In this document: piece after piece, positions 1 to 9,083 of the stretch | How positions within the stretch are numbered: the stretch's first letter is position 1 | Layout: each line of letters opens with the position of its first letter | NCBI GenBank assembly: GCA_018971305.1 | Contig: JAGXBC010000001.1 | Coordinates: forward strand, 245,687-309,686 | DNA: 64,000 nt | Reading direction: 5' to 3' | Source of the DNA: Patescibacteria group bacterium | GTDB lineage: Bacteria > Patescibacteriota > Minisyncoccia > UBA6257 > 2-01-FULL-56-20 | The notes under the pieces: model-generated | What the model saw: the letters and a program-made list of their open reading frames with translations, nothing else | What the model was told of the DNA's origin: nothing | Databases searched by the model: none | Made by a program: the position numbers and the translations under genes

Positions 1-278
1 TGTTTTTTATGAAGAATCAAAAGACGGCGATGAAAGTAGCAGAGGCGAGGGGCGTCGCAATATTAGCTGCCGCGGAAAATGGGCTGAAGATATTGGAATA
101 CAGTCCGAACGAGGTAAAAGCTGGTGTTACCGGATATGGCTTGGCAGACAAGAAAGCCGTATCAAAAATGGTATCCCTAATTCTCGGAGAATCGGACCTA
201 AAAATAATAGATGACGCAAGCGACGCCCTGGCCATTGCCATTATGGGCTGTTATAAAAGACAAAGCACGGCAAACTAA
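1..278 (+). CDS. ruvC: Holliday junction resolvase RuvC, C-terminal fragment (5' end lies outside the window)
   Basis: ORF 9..278 ends ...EYSPNEVKAGVTGYGLADKKAVSKMV...IIDDASDALAIAIMGCY. This matches the conserved RuvC C-terminus (EY.P..VK.AV.G.G.ADK..V..MV ... DAADALAIAI.HC). The reading frame is open from the window edge. Confidence 0.6.
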   Translation, partial: FFMKNQKTAMKVAEARGVAILAAAENGLKILEYSPNEVKAGVTGYGLADKKAVSKMVSLILGESDLKIIDDASDALAIAIMGCYKRQSTAN

Positions 279-383
279 GCGGCCTTATCCACAACTTGAC
301 ACCGTAGAGGGTTAAGATAAACTTTTGTAAAATCATCGAGAAATTATAAAATAATCCTAAAAAAGGTCGCAATCTATTCGGAT

Positions 384-542
384 TTTATGGTAGAACTAAA
401 AGAAATAAAATCGGTTTTCCGTCCGCTGAGTGATGACGACAGCGGAGACGACGACTCCGCAAAACTTCCATCTGAAGACGAGGAAGAAGGTGATGCGGAG
501 GACGATTCGGATTTCGACGAAGTGGAAGAGGAGAGCAGCTAG
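384..542 (+). CDS. small, highly acidic hypothetical protein (~52 aa, D/E/S-rich); below the ORF-track length cutoff
   Basis: ATG at 384, in-frame stop at 540-542. Translation MVELKEIKSVFRPLSDDDSGDDDSAKLPSEDEEEGDAEDDSDFDEVEEESS. It sits in the gap between ruvC and the PBP gene. No homology is recognised. Confidence 0.25.
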   Translation, partial: FMVELKEIKSVFRPLSDDDSGDDDSAKLPSEDEEEGDAEDDSDFDEVEEESS

Positions 543-623
543 GAGAGTAATTGGTTACCGAATTAAAAAGCAGCCCCTTATATAAGGCGCTATTATGCGA
601 CTTGTGTGCCGGGCTGTTTTTGA

Positions 624-3137
624 TTGATAATATATATGACGATGACACACAAAAAGAGCGGCCGAGGCCTCAGGAGAATATTAATTATCGGAACCACAAT
701 TATTTTGGCGCTAGGGGTTATAGCTATTCTTGTTATTTTCTATTTAGCCAAGGGGCTGCCAACAATAGGACAGATATCGGCAAGGCAAGTAAGCCAATCT
801 ACGAAAATATACGATAGGACCGGAGCCGTGCTCCTGTATGAGATAAGCAACAGCCAGGAGAGAACTGTTGTGCCTCTTCAAAACATACCCAGATATCTCC
901 AGGAGGCAACCGTCGCGGTAGAGGATGAAAATTTTTACAATGAACCTGCCTTTGATTGGAGAGGTATATTGCGAGCACTTTTAGTTGACCTAATCCATGG
1001 ACAAATATTGCAGGGCGGTTCTACTATAACCCAACAATTGGCTAAGAACGCTTTCCTAACTCCGGAGCAAACTGTTATAAGAAAGATTAAAGAGCTTATT
1101 CTCGCCGATAGATTGGATCAATATTATTCCAAAGACAAAATCTTAGAACTTTATTTAAATGAGATCCCCTACGGACCGACCATCTACGGCGTGGAAGCAG
1201 CCAGTGAAGCATTCTTCGGCAAATCAGCAAAAGACTTAAACTTGTCCGAGAGCGTTCTTGTTGCTGCCATACCAAAAGCTCCGACTTATTATTCGCCCTG
1301 GGGTAGCCACCAAAAAGACCTTTTTGACCGACAGAAATTTATCCTGGATAAAATGCTGGGTTTAGGAGAAATCACCCAGAAAGAACACGATGCGGCAGCT
1401 AAGTTCAAATTGGTTTTTGCCCCGCAAGGGCACGCAATTAAAGCTCCGCATTTCGTTATGGCGGTTCAGGATTATCTTGTGCAAAAATATGGCGAGGATA
1501 TGGTCAGAAGCGGCGGACTGAAGGTTGTAACGACCCTTGACTGGGGATTGGAACAAGTAGCGGAGCGCGCTGTCCAGGCTGGCGCCGAGAGAAACGACAC
1601 CCTCTACGACGGCAAGAATGCCGCACTTGTCGCCGAAGACCCCAAGACCGGCCAAATTCTCGCCATGGTTGGCTCCCGGGACTACTTCGCCACTTCTTCC
1701 CTGCCCGAGGGATGCACGCCGGGAGTAAACTGCCAATTTGAGCCCAACTTCAATGCGGCAACACAAGGATTGCGCCAGCCCGGGTCATCACTCAAGCCTT
1801 TTGTTTATTTAACGGCTTTCCAAGAGGGATATACTCCCGACACCATTCTCTTTGATGTTCCGACTGAGTTCGCGGCCAACAACCCTCTCTGCCCGCCGGT
1901 TCCGGACTTCAATAATATTAATAAGGAGTGTTTCCATCCTCAAGATTTTGAGGGATCTTTCTCGGGACCAATGTCATTGCGGGATGCCTTGGCACAATCG
2001 GTGAACGTCCCGGCCGTAAAAGTATTATATTTAGCCGGACTTAATAATACGGTTAAGAATGCTTACGACTTCGGCCTTACAACGCTCACGAGTCCCAATC
2101 TTTACGGATTGTCCCTTGTTTTAGGGGGAGGAGCGGTGAGACTGAACGACCTGGTTGGCGCCTATTCGGTTCTTGCGGCCGACGGCATAAAACACAGGCA
2201 ATCGCTGGTTTTAAGCGTTACGAGTTCCGAAGGACAGATATTGGAATCATACCAGGATCAAAACTCACGCGTTGCCGACACAGAGTCCGTAAGATTAACG
2301 AATAGTATTCTCTCCGATCCTCAGGCGCGAAGCGGTTTATTCCAAAACAGTCTGTCCCTTACAACCTTCCCGGGATATGATGTTGCCCTGAAGACCGGCA
2401 CAAGTAATGATTATCGTGATGCTTGGTCCCTAGGATACACACCGTCGCTTGTGGTTGGAGTTTGGGCTGGAAATAATGACAACAGACCAATGCAGAGAAA
2501 CGGCTTCAGTGTTCTCGCGGCGGTACCGATCTGGCACGATTTTATGGTAGAAGCGATTAAAAATGTTCAGCCGGAAACTTTTAATAAGCCCGACCCCCAG
2601 TATCCACAGAAACCCATATTGGCTGGCGACTACCTCCACGATAAACAGGTCCACTCTATCCTTTATTATGTTGACCGTAATAATCCCACTGGTCCGCCCC
2701 CGCAGAATCCCGAGAACGATTCTCAGTTTACAAACTGGGAAACCGGCGTTCTTGCTTGGGCCGCTCAAAATATTCCCGATTTTAAGGACTATAACCAGAC
2801 AATTCCCGATTCTAATATCGCAACAAGCACGCAGAATTTCGGTCTGCCACCGCGTGTCAGAATAGCCGAGCCGCTTACCGGAGGATTTATAGACGGTCGG
2901 CAAATAAACGTAGCCGCTAGTATAAATAGCACCGACCCCTTGTTAAAAGTTATTGCGCGCTTTAATGGGTCAACAGTTCAAGAGATATCCTTTCCACAAG
3001 GAATGACGAGTTATGATCTGCGTTTTTCATTTTCACCCAATGATACTCAGTCCCAAAATTTATTAGAGGTAGAAGCGGTTGATAAAAACAATCAAAGCGG
3101 TAAGGCGGCAACAATAATTTACGGAAACAATAATTAA
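624..3137 (+). CDS. ponA: class A penicillin-binding protein (bifunctional GT51 transglycosylase / transpeptidase, PBP1A-like)
   Basis: N-terminal TM anchor. GT51 motifs EDENFY and QGGSTITQQLAKN. A transpeptidase module follows (SSLKPF, SVN, KTGT). 837 aa. Alternative starts at 636 and 642. Confidence 0.9.
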   Translation: MIIYMTMTHKKSGRGLRRILIIGTTIILALGVIAILVIFYLAKGLPTIGQISARQVSQSTKIYDRTGAVLLYEISNSQERTVVPLQNIPRYLQEATVAVEDENFYNEPAFDWRGILRALLVDLIHGQILQGGSTITQQLAKNAFLTPEQTVIRKIKELILADRLDQYYSKDKILELYLNEIPYGPTIYGVEAASEAFFGKSAKDLNLSESVLVAAIPKAPTYYSPWGSHQKDLFDRQKFILDKMLGLGEITQKEHDAAAKFKLVFAPQGHAIKAPHFVMAVQDYLVQKYGEDMVRSGGLKVVTTLDWGLEQVAERAVQAGAERNDTLYDGKNAALVAEDPKTGQILAMVGSRDYFATSSLPEGCTPGVNCQFEPNFNAATQGLRQPGSSLKPFVYLTAFQEGYTPDTILFDVPTEFAANNPLCPPVPDFNNINKECFHPQDFEGSFSGPMSLRDALAQSVNVPAVKVLYLAGLNNTVKNAYDFGLTTLTSPNLYGLSLVLGGGAVRLNDLVGAYSVLAADGIKHRQSLVLSVTSSEGQILESYQDQNSRVADTESVRLTNSILSDPQARSGLFQNSLSLTTFPGYDVALKTGTSNDYRDAWSLGYTPSLVVGVWAGNNDNRPMQRNGFSVLAAVPIWHDFMVEAIKNVQPETFNKPDPQYPQKPILAGDYLHDKQVHSILYYVDRNNPTGPPPQNPENDSQFTNWETGVLAWAAQNIPDFKDYNQTIPDSNIATSTQNFGLPPRVRIAEPLTGGFIDGRQINVAASINSTDPLLKVIARFNGSTVQEISFPQGMTSYDLRFSFSPNDTQSQNLLEVEAVDKNNQSGKAATIIYGNNN

Positions 3138-4246
3138 TCTCCGGCTATCGGTTTTACGATATAGATATACGAATCGTCGCCAAGGGATTTTAATTGAGCC
3201 GGCTCATTCTCGCTATTAATTCCAAAAAATACCTCTTCCGAGTTTAGAATTTTTAATGCCTCCGAAAGATATCTCCAATTAAAAATAGTTTCTTTGAGAT
3301 TTCCTTGTATTTTCCCGGATAGAAGATAATTGTTTTCCCCTATTGATTGGTCTGCCGAATTAACTTCTATTGTTTTTTTATTTTCTTGGGACTTTATTTT
3401 TACTTCATTATTTCTGCTGCCAAAAACGCTAGTTAATTTCAGTGCATTAATAAACTCTTGTTTATTAAGAATAATCTCTGTGTTGAATTTCTTCGGTATA
3501 ATAGCTTTATATTCCGGGAAATTTCCCTCTATTAATCTGGAGAGTAATTCTAATTGTTCAGTTTTGAATAAAATTTGATTGTCGTCATGATAAATTTTAA
3601 TAATTTCTTCTCCGTTCAATGTTTTTTGTAATTCTTTTGCCGTTTTAAGAGGTATTAAAACTTTAAATTTTTGTTCATAATTAGTTTTAAATTCGTCTTT
3701 ATTTATTGTTTTTTCTGCTAAACGAAAGCTGTCCGTCGCAGCCAATTTTATTTCATCTATAGAAAAATCAAATAATACTGAATTTAATTCCAGTCTTAAT
3801 TCTGAAAATTGTGAGGCAATAAGGACTTGATTTAATGAATTCTTTATTATTTCTGCTTTAATTTCAATAAATTCTTTTTGATTTTTTATCTTGGGAGTTA
3901 TAGGGAAATCTTCTGCCGGGGCTCCCTGAATAACAGCTTCATAATTATCTGTTTTTATAATTAATTTATTGTTTTTATTTTCTATATTTAACCTATCACT
4001 TTCGAGGTTATTAACGATATTTGATAATAAATTAACAGGTACGGTAAACCTTCCGTTTTCTATAACTTTTCCCAGAACAGAGAAACTTGAGGCAATTTCT
4101 AGGTCTGTTGATGTTATTTTTATTTTATTCCCGTCGGTTTCTAAAAGAATATTTTTTAATATCGGTAAATTAAGATTTTCATTATTTATTCTCTCTACAA
4201 CAAAAACACCTTTTTTAAGATTATCTTTTATAACTATAAATTTCAT
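3134..4246 (-). CDS. dnaN: DNA polymerase III beta sliding clamp
   Basis: 370 aa, immediately downstream of dnaA on the same strand. Three-domain clamp-like repeat organisation. N-terminus MKFIVIKDNLKKGV is typical of DnaN. Confidence 0.8.
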   Translation of the reverse strand: MKFIVIKDNLKKGVFVVERINNENLNLPILKNILLETDGNKIKITSTDLEIASSFSVLGKVIENGRFTVPVNLLSNIVNNLESDRLNIENKNNKLIIKTDNYEAVIQGAPAEDFPITPKIKNQKEFIEIKAEIIKNSLNQVLIASQFSELRLELNSVLFDFSIDEIKLAATDSFRLAEKTINKDEFKTNYEQKFKVLIPLKTAKELQKTLNGEEIIKIYHDDNQILFKTEQLELLSRLIEGNFPEYKAIIPKKFNTEIILNKQEFINALKLTSVFGSRNNEVKIKSQENKKTIEVNSADQSIGENNYLLSGKIQGNLKETIFNWRYLSEALKILNSEEVFFGINSENEPAQLKSLGDDSYIYIVKPIAGD

Positions 4247-4364
4247 TATATTAATTAAATTATTTTTACTGTTAATACTATTAGTCCTGTTAATTAGTGG
4301 ATAAGTATTATAACTATAAATTTAACCGATTAAATATAATTTTAATTTGTTAATATACTGTTTA

Positions 4365-5711
4365 TTAACTCTTAAAAATTATATCTTTAATAGATAATAT
4401 CTCCTGATTTAAATTGGGATTTTTATTAACTTCCTGGTTTATTTTCTCATATGAGTGTATTGCTGTTGTATGATCTCTCCCCATCTTTTCCCCAATATAC
4501 GGATAAGATAATTCTGAAATATCCCTTAATAAGTACATAGCAATTTGCCTCGGTTTTACAACTTCTTTCCTGCGATTATGGCTTATAAGATCTTCTATGG
4601 AAATATTAAAGAACTCGGCTACTGCTTTAAGAATTTGGCCGTCATTAACCCTTTTAAAAGACGACTGAATGGATTTTTCTATAATTTCTTCAGCGACAGA
4701 TTCGTTTATTGCGGTTTGTTTTTTGTCCTGATAAAAAAGTATCTTTTTTAAGACACCTTCTAATTCCCTGATATTTTTCTTTACTTTTTTAGCTATAATA
4801 TCAACAACGGCATCGCTTAAAACCAAACCGGTTTCCTGCAACTTGCTTTTTATAATAGCCACACGAGTTTCGTATTCTGGATAGCCGATGTCTGTTATTA
4901 AACCCCCCTCAAACCGCGAACGTAGGCGTTCTTCAAGGGTTGGAATGGATTGCGGCGGCCTGTCTGAGGATATTATTATTTGTTTATTGGCCTCATAAAG
5001 AGCGTTGAAAGTATGGAAGAATTCCTCCTCGGTTTTTTCTTTTCCGCCTATGAATTGAATGTCGTCAATAATCAAAACATCTACGTCGCGATATTTTCTT
5101 TTCATATCTTCCATTCTTTTATTACGTATCCCCCAGACGATGTCGCTTGTGAATTTTTCTGAAGAGACATATTTAGGACGTATCTTCCTCTGGTACCTGG
5201 AATTAATTTCGTTACCGATCGCTTGTATCAGATGGGTTTTCCCGAGACCAACCAACCCATAAACGAAAAAGGGATTATACTTCGTACCGATCTCGTTAAC
5301 GATTGATGATGCTGCGGCGAAGGCCAGTTCGTTTGATGGGCCGACCACGAATGACTGCATTGTATAGCGCGGATTCAGATTTGTTTCCGGATCAACCTTA
5401 AATTCTAAACCTATTGTGTTGTCCAGTTTTTGTGTCGGAGCGCTTGGGGAGAGGGGTTCTGTCGCCTGATTCGCAACCACAAACTCTAGTTTTCTGGCAG
5501 AGGTGTCGAAATTCCTCATAATCCCAAGAAGATTTTTATTATATTTATTTTCAACCCATTCTTTAGCAAAATTATTTGGTAAAGATATATAAAACGTGCC
5601 ATCTTTTTTATCGAAGAGGCGGCTATTTTTAAGCCATGTTGCAAAATTTGCCCTGGAAAGTTGGATTTCCATTTCCCCCAACGTAGATTGCCAAAGTTGT
5701 TCCAGGTCCAT
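4365..5711 (-). CDS. dnaA: chromosomal replication initiator DnaA
   Basis: AAA+ Walker A GLVGLGKTHL, Walker B IIDDIQF, sensor motifs. C-terminal DnaA-box-binding domain (...GRDHTTAIHSYEKI...). Confidence 0.95.
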   Translation of the reverse strand: MDLEQLWQSTLGEMEIQLSRANFATWLKNSRLFDKKDGTFYISLPNNFAKEWVENKYNKNLLGIMRNFDTSARKLEFVVANQATEPLSPSAPTQKLDNTIGLEFKVDPETNLNPRYTMQSFVVGPSNELAFAAASSIVNEIGTKYNPFFVYGLVGLGKTHLIQAIGNEINSRYQRKIRPKYVSSEKFTSDIVWGIRNKRMEDMKRKYRDVDVLIIDDIQFIGGKEKTEEEFFHTFNALYEANKQIIISSDRPPQSIPTLEERLRSRFEGGLITDIGYPEYETRVAIIKSKLQETGLVLSDAVVDIIAKKVKKNIRELEGVLKKILFYQDKKQTAINESVAEEIIEKSIQSSFKRVNDGQILKAVAEFFNISIEDLISHNRRKEVVKPRQIAMYLLRDISELSYPYIGEKMGRDHTTAIHSYEKINQEVNKNPNLNQEILSIKDIIFKS

Positions 5712-5959
5712 ATAATTATTTATCCAGTTTTTATTTTATTTATATCTCCAACACATCGTTAATTCGTTAGTCTTAATTCTAATTTTTATTTTGTCTTTTA
5801 GTCAAAGGACGAAATGGCTAGATTCTGGGGATTACATGTTGATAACTATTTTACAAAAGAAAATAATGTTATCAAAAATCTTAACGCCCTAATTGTAGTG
5901 TTATATAACACCGGCGTCAAATGTTTTGAATTTTTTAAAGACCGTGTTAGTATTTAAAA
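5712..5959. promoter_or_regulatory. putative oriC / divergent promoter region between dnaA and rpmH (AT-rich, with DnaA-box-like 9-mers)
   Basis: Classic dnaN-dnaA | rpmH-rnpA-yidC-jag synteny. Very AT-rich 248-bp spacer. TTATCCAGT at 5720-5728 and TGTTGATAA at 5837-5845 are each 1 mismatch from TTATCCACA/TGTGGATAA. A further AGTGGATAA sits at 4295-4303 in the dnaN-dnaA spacer. Confidence 0.4.
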
Positions 5960-6094
5960 ATGTCCGTTACCTATCAGCCCAAGAAGAGGAAGCGCGCAAA
6001 AGCCCACGGCTTTCGCTCTAGGCAAAGAACACCGGGCGGCCGCAGGGTTTTGGCGAAAAGGCGTCTCAAAAAAAGGCGACGCCTAGCAGTTTAA
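5960..6094 (+). CDS. rpmH: 50S ribosomal protein L34
   Basis: Translation [44 protein letters not shown]. Unmistakable L34. Not in the ORF track because it is shorter than 60 aa. Confidence 0.9.
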   Translation: MSVTYQPKKRKRAKAHGFRSRQRTPGGRRVLAKRRLKKRRRLAV

Positions 6095-6184
6095 CGGCTC
6101 CGCAGTCCCCAATTTAACCATTAGCCCCCCTGTTTTGTGGCCAGGATTTTGTTGTTAAGCACTAAAGACTATTACTATTGGCAT

Positions 6185-6502
6185 ATGTTTCCCCGAAGCT
6201 ATCGTCTCCCGGTTAAGGAAGCGCACACAAGACTGCGGAAATTGTTCTCGTCTCCATATTTTATAGTGAAGACCGCCGTCAATACCACTGGGCATAATAG
6301 ATTCGGTATAATAATAGCTAACAGTTCGGTAAAGAAATCAACGAAGCGCCATTTTTGGAAAAGGCGTTTTATCGGAATTCTCCGGGGATGGCCAAATTTC
6401 CAGAAAGATTTTCTGTTTATCATTTCCCCTAAAATAAACAACCTAGATCAGAACAAACTTAAAGAGGAAATTAACGAGTCTCTGCCGGCCGCCGGTCGTT
6501 AG
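6185..6502 (+). CDS. rnpA: RNase P protein component
   Basis: Directly follows rpmH. MFPRSYRLPVKEAHTRLRK...RFGIIIANSSVKKSTKRHFWKRRFIGIL matches the RnpA RNR-motif region. The ORF track opens at 6137, so an alternative start is possible. Confidence 0.75.
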   Translation: MFPRSYRLPVKEAHTRLRKLFSSPYFIVKTAVNTTGHNRFGIIIANSSVKKSTKRHFWKRRFIGILRGWPNFQKDFLFIISPKINNLDQNKLKEEINESLPAAGR

Positions 6503-6529
6503 AGCGCAATAGCTATTTCAGTCAACACC

Positions 6530-7282
6530 ATGTCTTATTTATATAATTTAATTTTATACCACCCGCTCCTTAACGCCCTGATATTTTTCTACAACACGAT
6601 TGCTTTCCATGATTTGGGTTTAGCTATAATTTTCTTAACCCTTTTAATTCGCCTGATACTGTTTCCCCTTTTCCACAAGGGAAGCCGACACCAGATTGTG
6701 ATGCAAAAACTTCAGCCCAAGCTAAAAAAGATCCAGGAAGTCCACAAAGACGACAAAGAAAAACAGGCCCAAGCGATGATGGATTTATATAAAGAACACC
6801 AAGTCAACCCCTTCGCGGGAATTTTAATCCTCATCGTGCAGCTGCCGATACTCATCGCCCTTTATCAGATGTTTCTTAGAATTTTGAAACCAGATTTCCT
6901 TTCTGGCCTTTACGGATTTATTTCGGCTCCGGTTTCATTGAACGATTCGCTTTTCGGCTTGATTAATTTAGGTGAAAAGAGTATCCTGATTGTTGGTTTG
7001 GCAGCATTAGCACAATATTTTCAGGCGCGGCTTGTTCTGCCAAAACTGGAAACAGGACATAAGCAGACGCAGATGGAGAAAATGACGAGGCATATGACGT
7101 TTATCGGTCCGATTATGACGCTCGTCATCTTCTATAATTTGCCGTCAGCCATAGGCCTTTATTGGTTTGTAATGTCGCTTTTCTCTATTTTTCAACAAAT
7201 TTTAGTTAATAAAAAGTTAGAATCAGAACAAATCGAAAAAGAAAATGGAAAACTGGGAAACATTGGTCAAAAAAATAATTGA
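6530..7282 (+). CDS. yidC: membrane protein insertase YidC/Oxa1 family (short form)
   Basis: Conserved position after rnpA. Multi-TM protein with KEHQVNPFAGILILIVQLPILIALYQMF, the conserved YidC TM2/TM3 region. Confidence 0.85.
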   Translation: MSYLYNLILYHPLLNALIFFYNTIAFHDLGLAIIFLTLLIRLILFPLFHKGSRHQIVMQKLQPKLKKIQEVHKDDKEKQAQAMMDLYKEHQVNPFAGILILIVQLPILIALYQMFLRILKPDFLSGLYGFISAPVSLNDSLFGLINLGEKSILIVGLAALAQYFQARLVLPKLETGHKQTQMEKMTRHMTFIGPIMTLVIFYNLPSAIGLYWFVMSLFSIFQQILVNKKLESEQIEKENGKLGNIGQKNN

Positions 7283-7685
7283 GTTAATGGGTTTCGCGGA
7301 TTACAAGGTGGAGGCTAAGTCCGACGAAAAACACGGTTCAATTCATATCTACGACAACCCGAACCTTATCCAGGAGAACCTGCCAGTTATTATTGAAAGC
7401 TTGAATCATATTTTACAGATGGTCGCGAGAAAGAACGACCAGCCGCCGCCGTTTTTTGACGTTAACGATTACCGCCAGAGACGGGAGAGCTTGATAGCCG
7501 AGCTTGCGCGTGCAGCGGCAAAGAAGGTTTTAACAACCAAAGAACAAGTTTCTCTACCAGCTATGAATTCCTATGAGCGTCGCCTTGTGCACGTGGAGTT
7601 AGCCGTTCATCCGGAGGTAACCACCGAAAGCGTGGGCACCGGGAAAGAAAGATACGTGATTATAAAACCCCTGGAAGATAAATAA
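7245..7685 (+). CDS. jag: Jag/KhpB R3H-domain RNA-binding protein
   Basis: Follows yidC, overlapping its end. C-terminal R3H-like MNSYERRLVHVELAVHPEVTTESVGTGKERYVIIKP. Confidence 0.75.
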   Translation: MENWETLVKKIIELMGFADYKVEAKSDEKHGSIHIYDNPNLIQENLPVIIESLNHILQMVARKNDQPPPFFDVNDYRQRRESLIAELARAAAKKVLTTKEQVSLPAMNSYERRLVHVELAVHPEVTTESVGTGKERYVIIKPLEDK

Positions 7686-7752
7686 TTGTCGGTGCAAATA
7701 TAATACCCCGTATATGCGGGGTATTATATTTTATGATTGGAAAATCCGGAAA

Positions 7753-9045
7753 TTATTTTAGTGATATCGCATAAACGAGACTGTCGTATCTATTAATAAA
7801 GAGAAGAGTGTTGTTAAAGACCCCAAGATTCTTGGCGTCAAGTTTTTGATTCAAGTCGGCGAAGACGGAGGTTACGTTGCCGCTAGAAAGATCTATCTTA
7901 TAAAAGTTATCCAGGGTGAATAGGGCCATCTTTTCATAATCATCCGGCAGAGAGCTGACGCTTAATTTTTGGGAATCGCGTGGGACGGCGCAATAAAGAT
8001 AGTTTTTGACCGTTACCGGCGGCTGCTTTTGGGCGGCGCTTTTCGTGGTTGTTGCCGTGGTCGAGGTTGAGACCGTAGATGTCGGATTTTGGATTTCTGT
8101 GTCAAAGGTGCATTTTGACGGCAGAGTTAGGAAGGTAAGACTGTTGATAACATTCCCTTCGGGATTGGTCAGGGACAACTTTCCCCCTACGTTTGTCAGG
8201 CTGTTTCCGCTGAGGAGCAGTCCCATTCCAGCGGACCTGCTCCAGATAGATTCCATACCGGAGTAGCCATTAACGAGCTGGGACAATGTTTTATTTTTTG
8301 TATCAATAAGCCAAACGGACCCCGAGGTGAAGGCACTGCCCCTATCGGACATGATTATGTTATTGGGGCTAATCCAGTCTAAGATCTGATCCTGGACATT
8401 CAATTTCATCAACTCAACCGCCTTAGCCTTAGAGTTTGATATGTCTAGGGTTTGGAGCGAGAGGGCGCTAGAACCATTTATGTTGGAGAAATAGGCAATC
8501 TTGTAATCATCCGGTGACCATGTTGTTGACAGGAGACCTTGTGCGAGCGGCTGCCAAGATTTACTGTCAATATCAAATACGCTTTCCTGGGGATTGGATG
8601 AGTCGCCGAAGACAGCAAGAATTTTTTTGCCGTCGTAGGAAAAATCGGCGCGGATGAGGCCCGCTATCGCCGAAGAACTTAAAACCGAAGGATTGCCGGA
8701 AGATACTTTGATTATTTGTCCCGTGGGGCGGACAAGAATCGCGTTGTTCTGCGCGTCAACATAAAAATTTATCGCGGAGCTTTGTGAGATTACCCCGAAT
8801 TTTTGTCCGGCGGAAATGGTTGGTGTCGGAGTTTGGCCGTTCGTTCCGGTGCCCTGTCCGCTCGTTTCGTTGCCGTTGTTCTGCCCGGACCCTCCTCCTG
8901 CGGTCGTTTCTGTTGGAAGCGTGCCGGTGAAGGCGTTGCCGCTGGAAGGCGAAGGCGCACCTGAGCGATAGCGCAGGAAATAACCGATGCCTATAGCAAG
9001 CGCGATAACACCGACGATTCCTAAGATGTAATAGATGCGCTTCAT
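7753..9045 (-). CDS. membrane-anchored protein with a G/S/T-rich linker and PD40 (TolB-like) beta-propeller-type repeats; last gene of the T4SS-like operon
   Basis: N-terminal TM (YYILGIVGVIALAIGIGYFL). Low-complexity GGGSGQNNGNETSGQGTGTNGQTPTPT. Repeated motifs resembling PD40 (TTWSPDDYKIAYFSN, DGKKILAVFGD). Confidence 0.5.
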   Translation of the reverse strand: MKRIYYILGIVGVIALAIGIGYFLRYRSGAPSPSSGNAFTGTLPTETTAGGGSGQNNGNETSGQGTGTNGQTPTPTISAGQKFGVISQSSAINFYVDAQNNAILVRPTGQIIKVSSGNPSVLSSSAIAGLIRADFSYDGKKILAVFGDSSNPQESVFDIDSKSWQPLAQGLLSTTWSPDDYKIAYFSNINGSSALSLQTLDISNSKAKAVELMKLNVQDQILDWISPNNIIMSDRGSAFTSGSVWLIDTKNKTLSQLVNGYSGMESIWSRSAGMGLLLSGNSLTNVGGKLSLTNPEGNVINSLTFLTLPSKCTFDTEIQNPTSTVSTSTTATTTKSAAQKQPPVTVKNYLYCAVPRDSQKLSVSSLPDDYEKMALFTLDNFYKIDLSSGNVTSVFADLNQKLDAKNLGVFNNTLLFINRYDSLVYAISLK

Positions 9046-9083
9046 GTAATTCTAATTAATGATAATTATATAGAAAGATATGG

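Noticed and set aside
2430-2903. 157-aa minus-strand ORF and 100-aa plus-strand ORF inside the PBP gene
   Set aside because: They are embedded in a well-supported 837-aa CDS and are antisense or alternative-frame artefacts.
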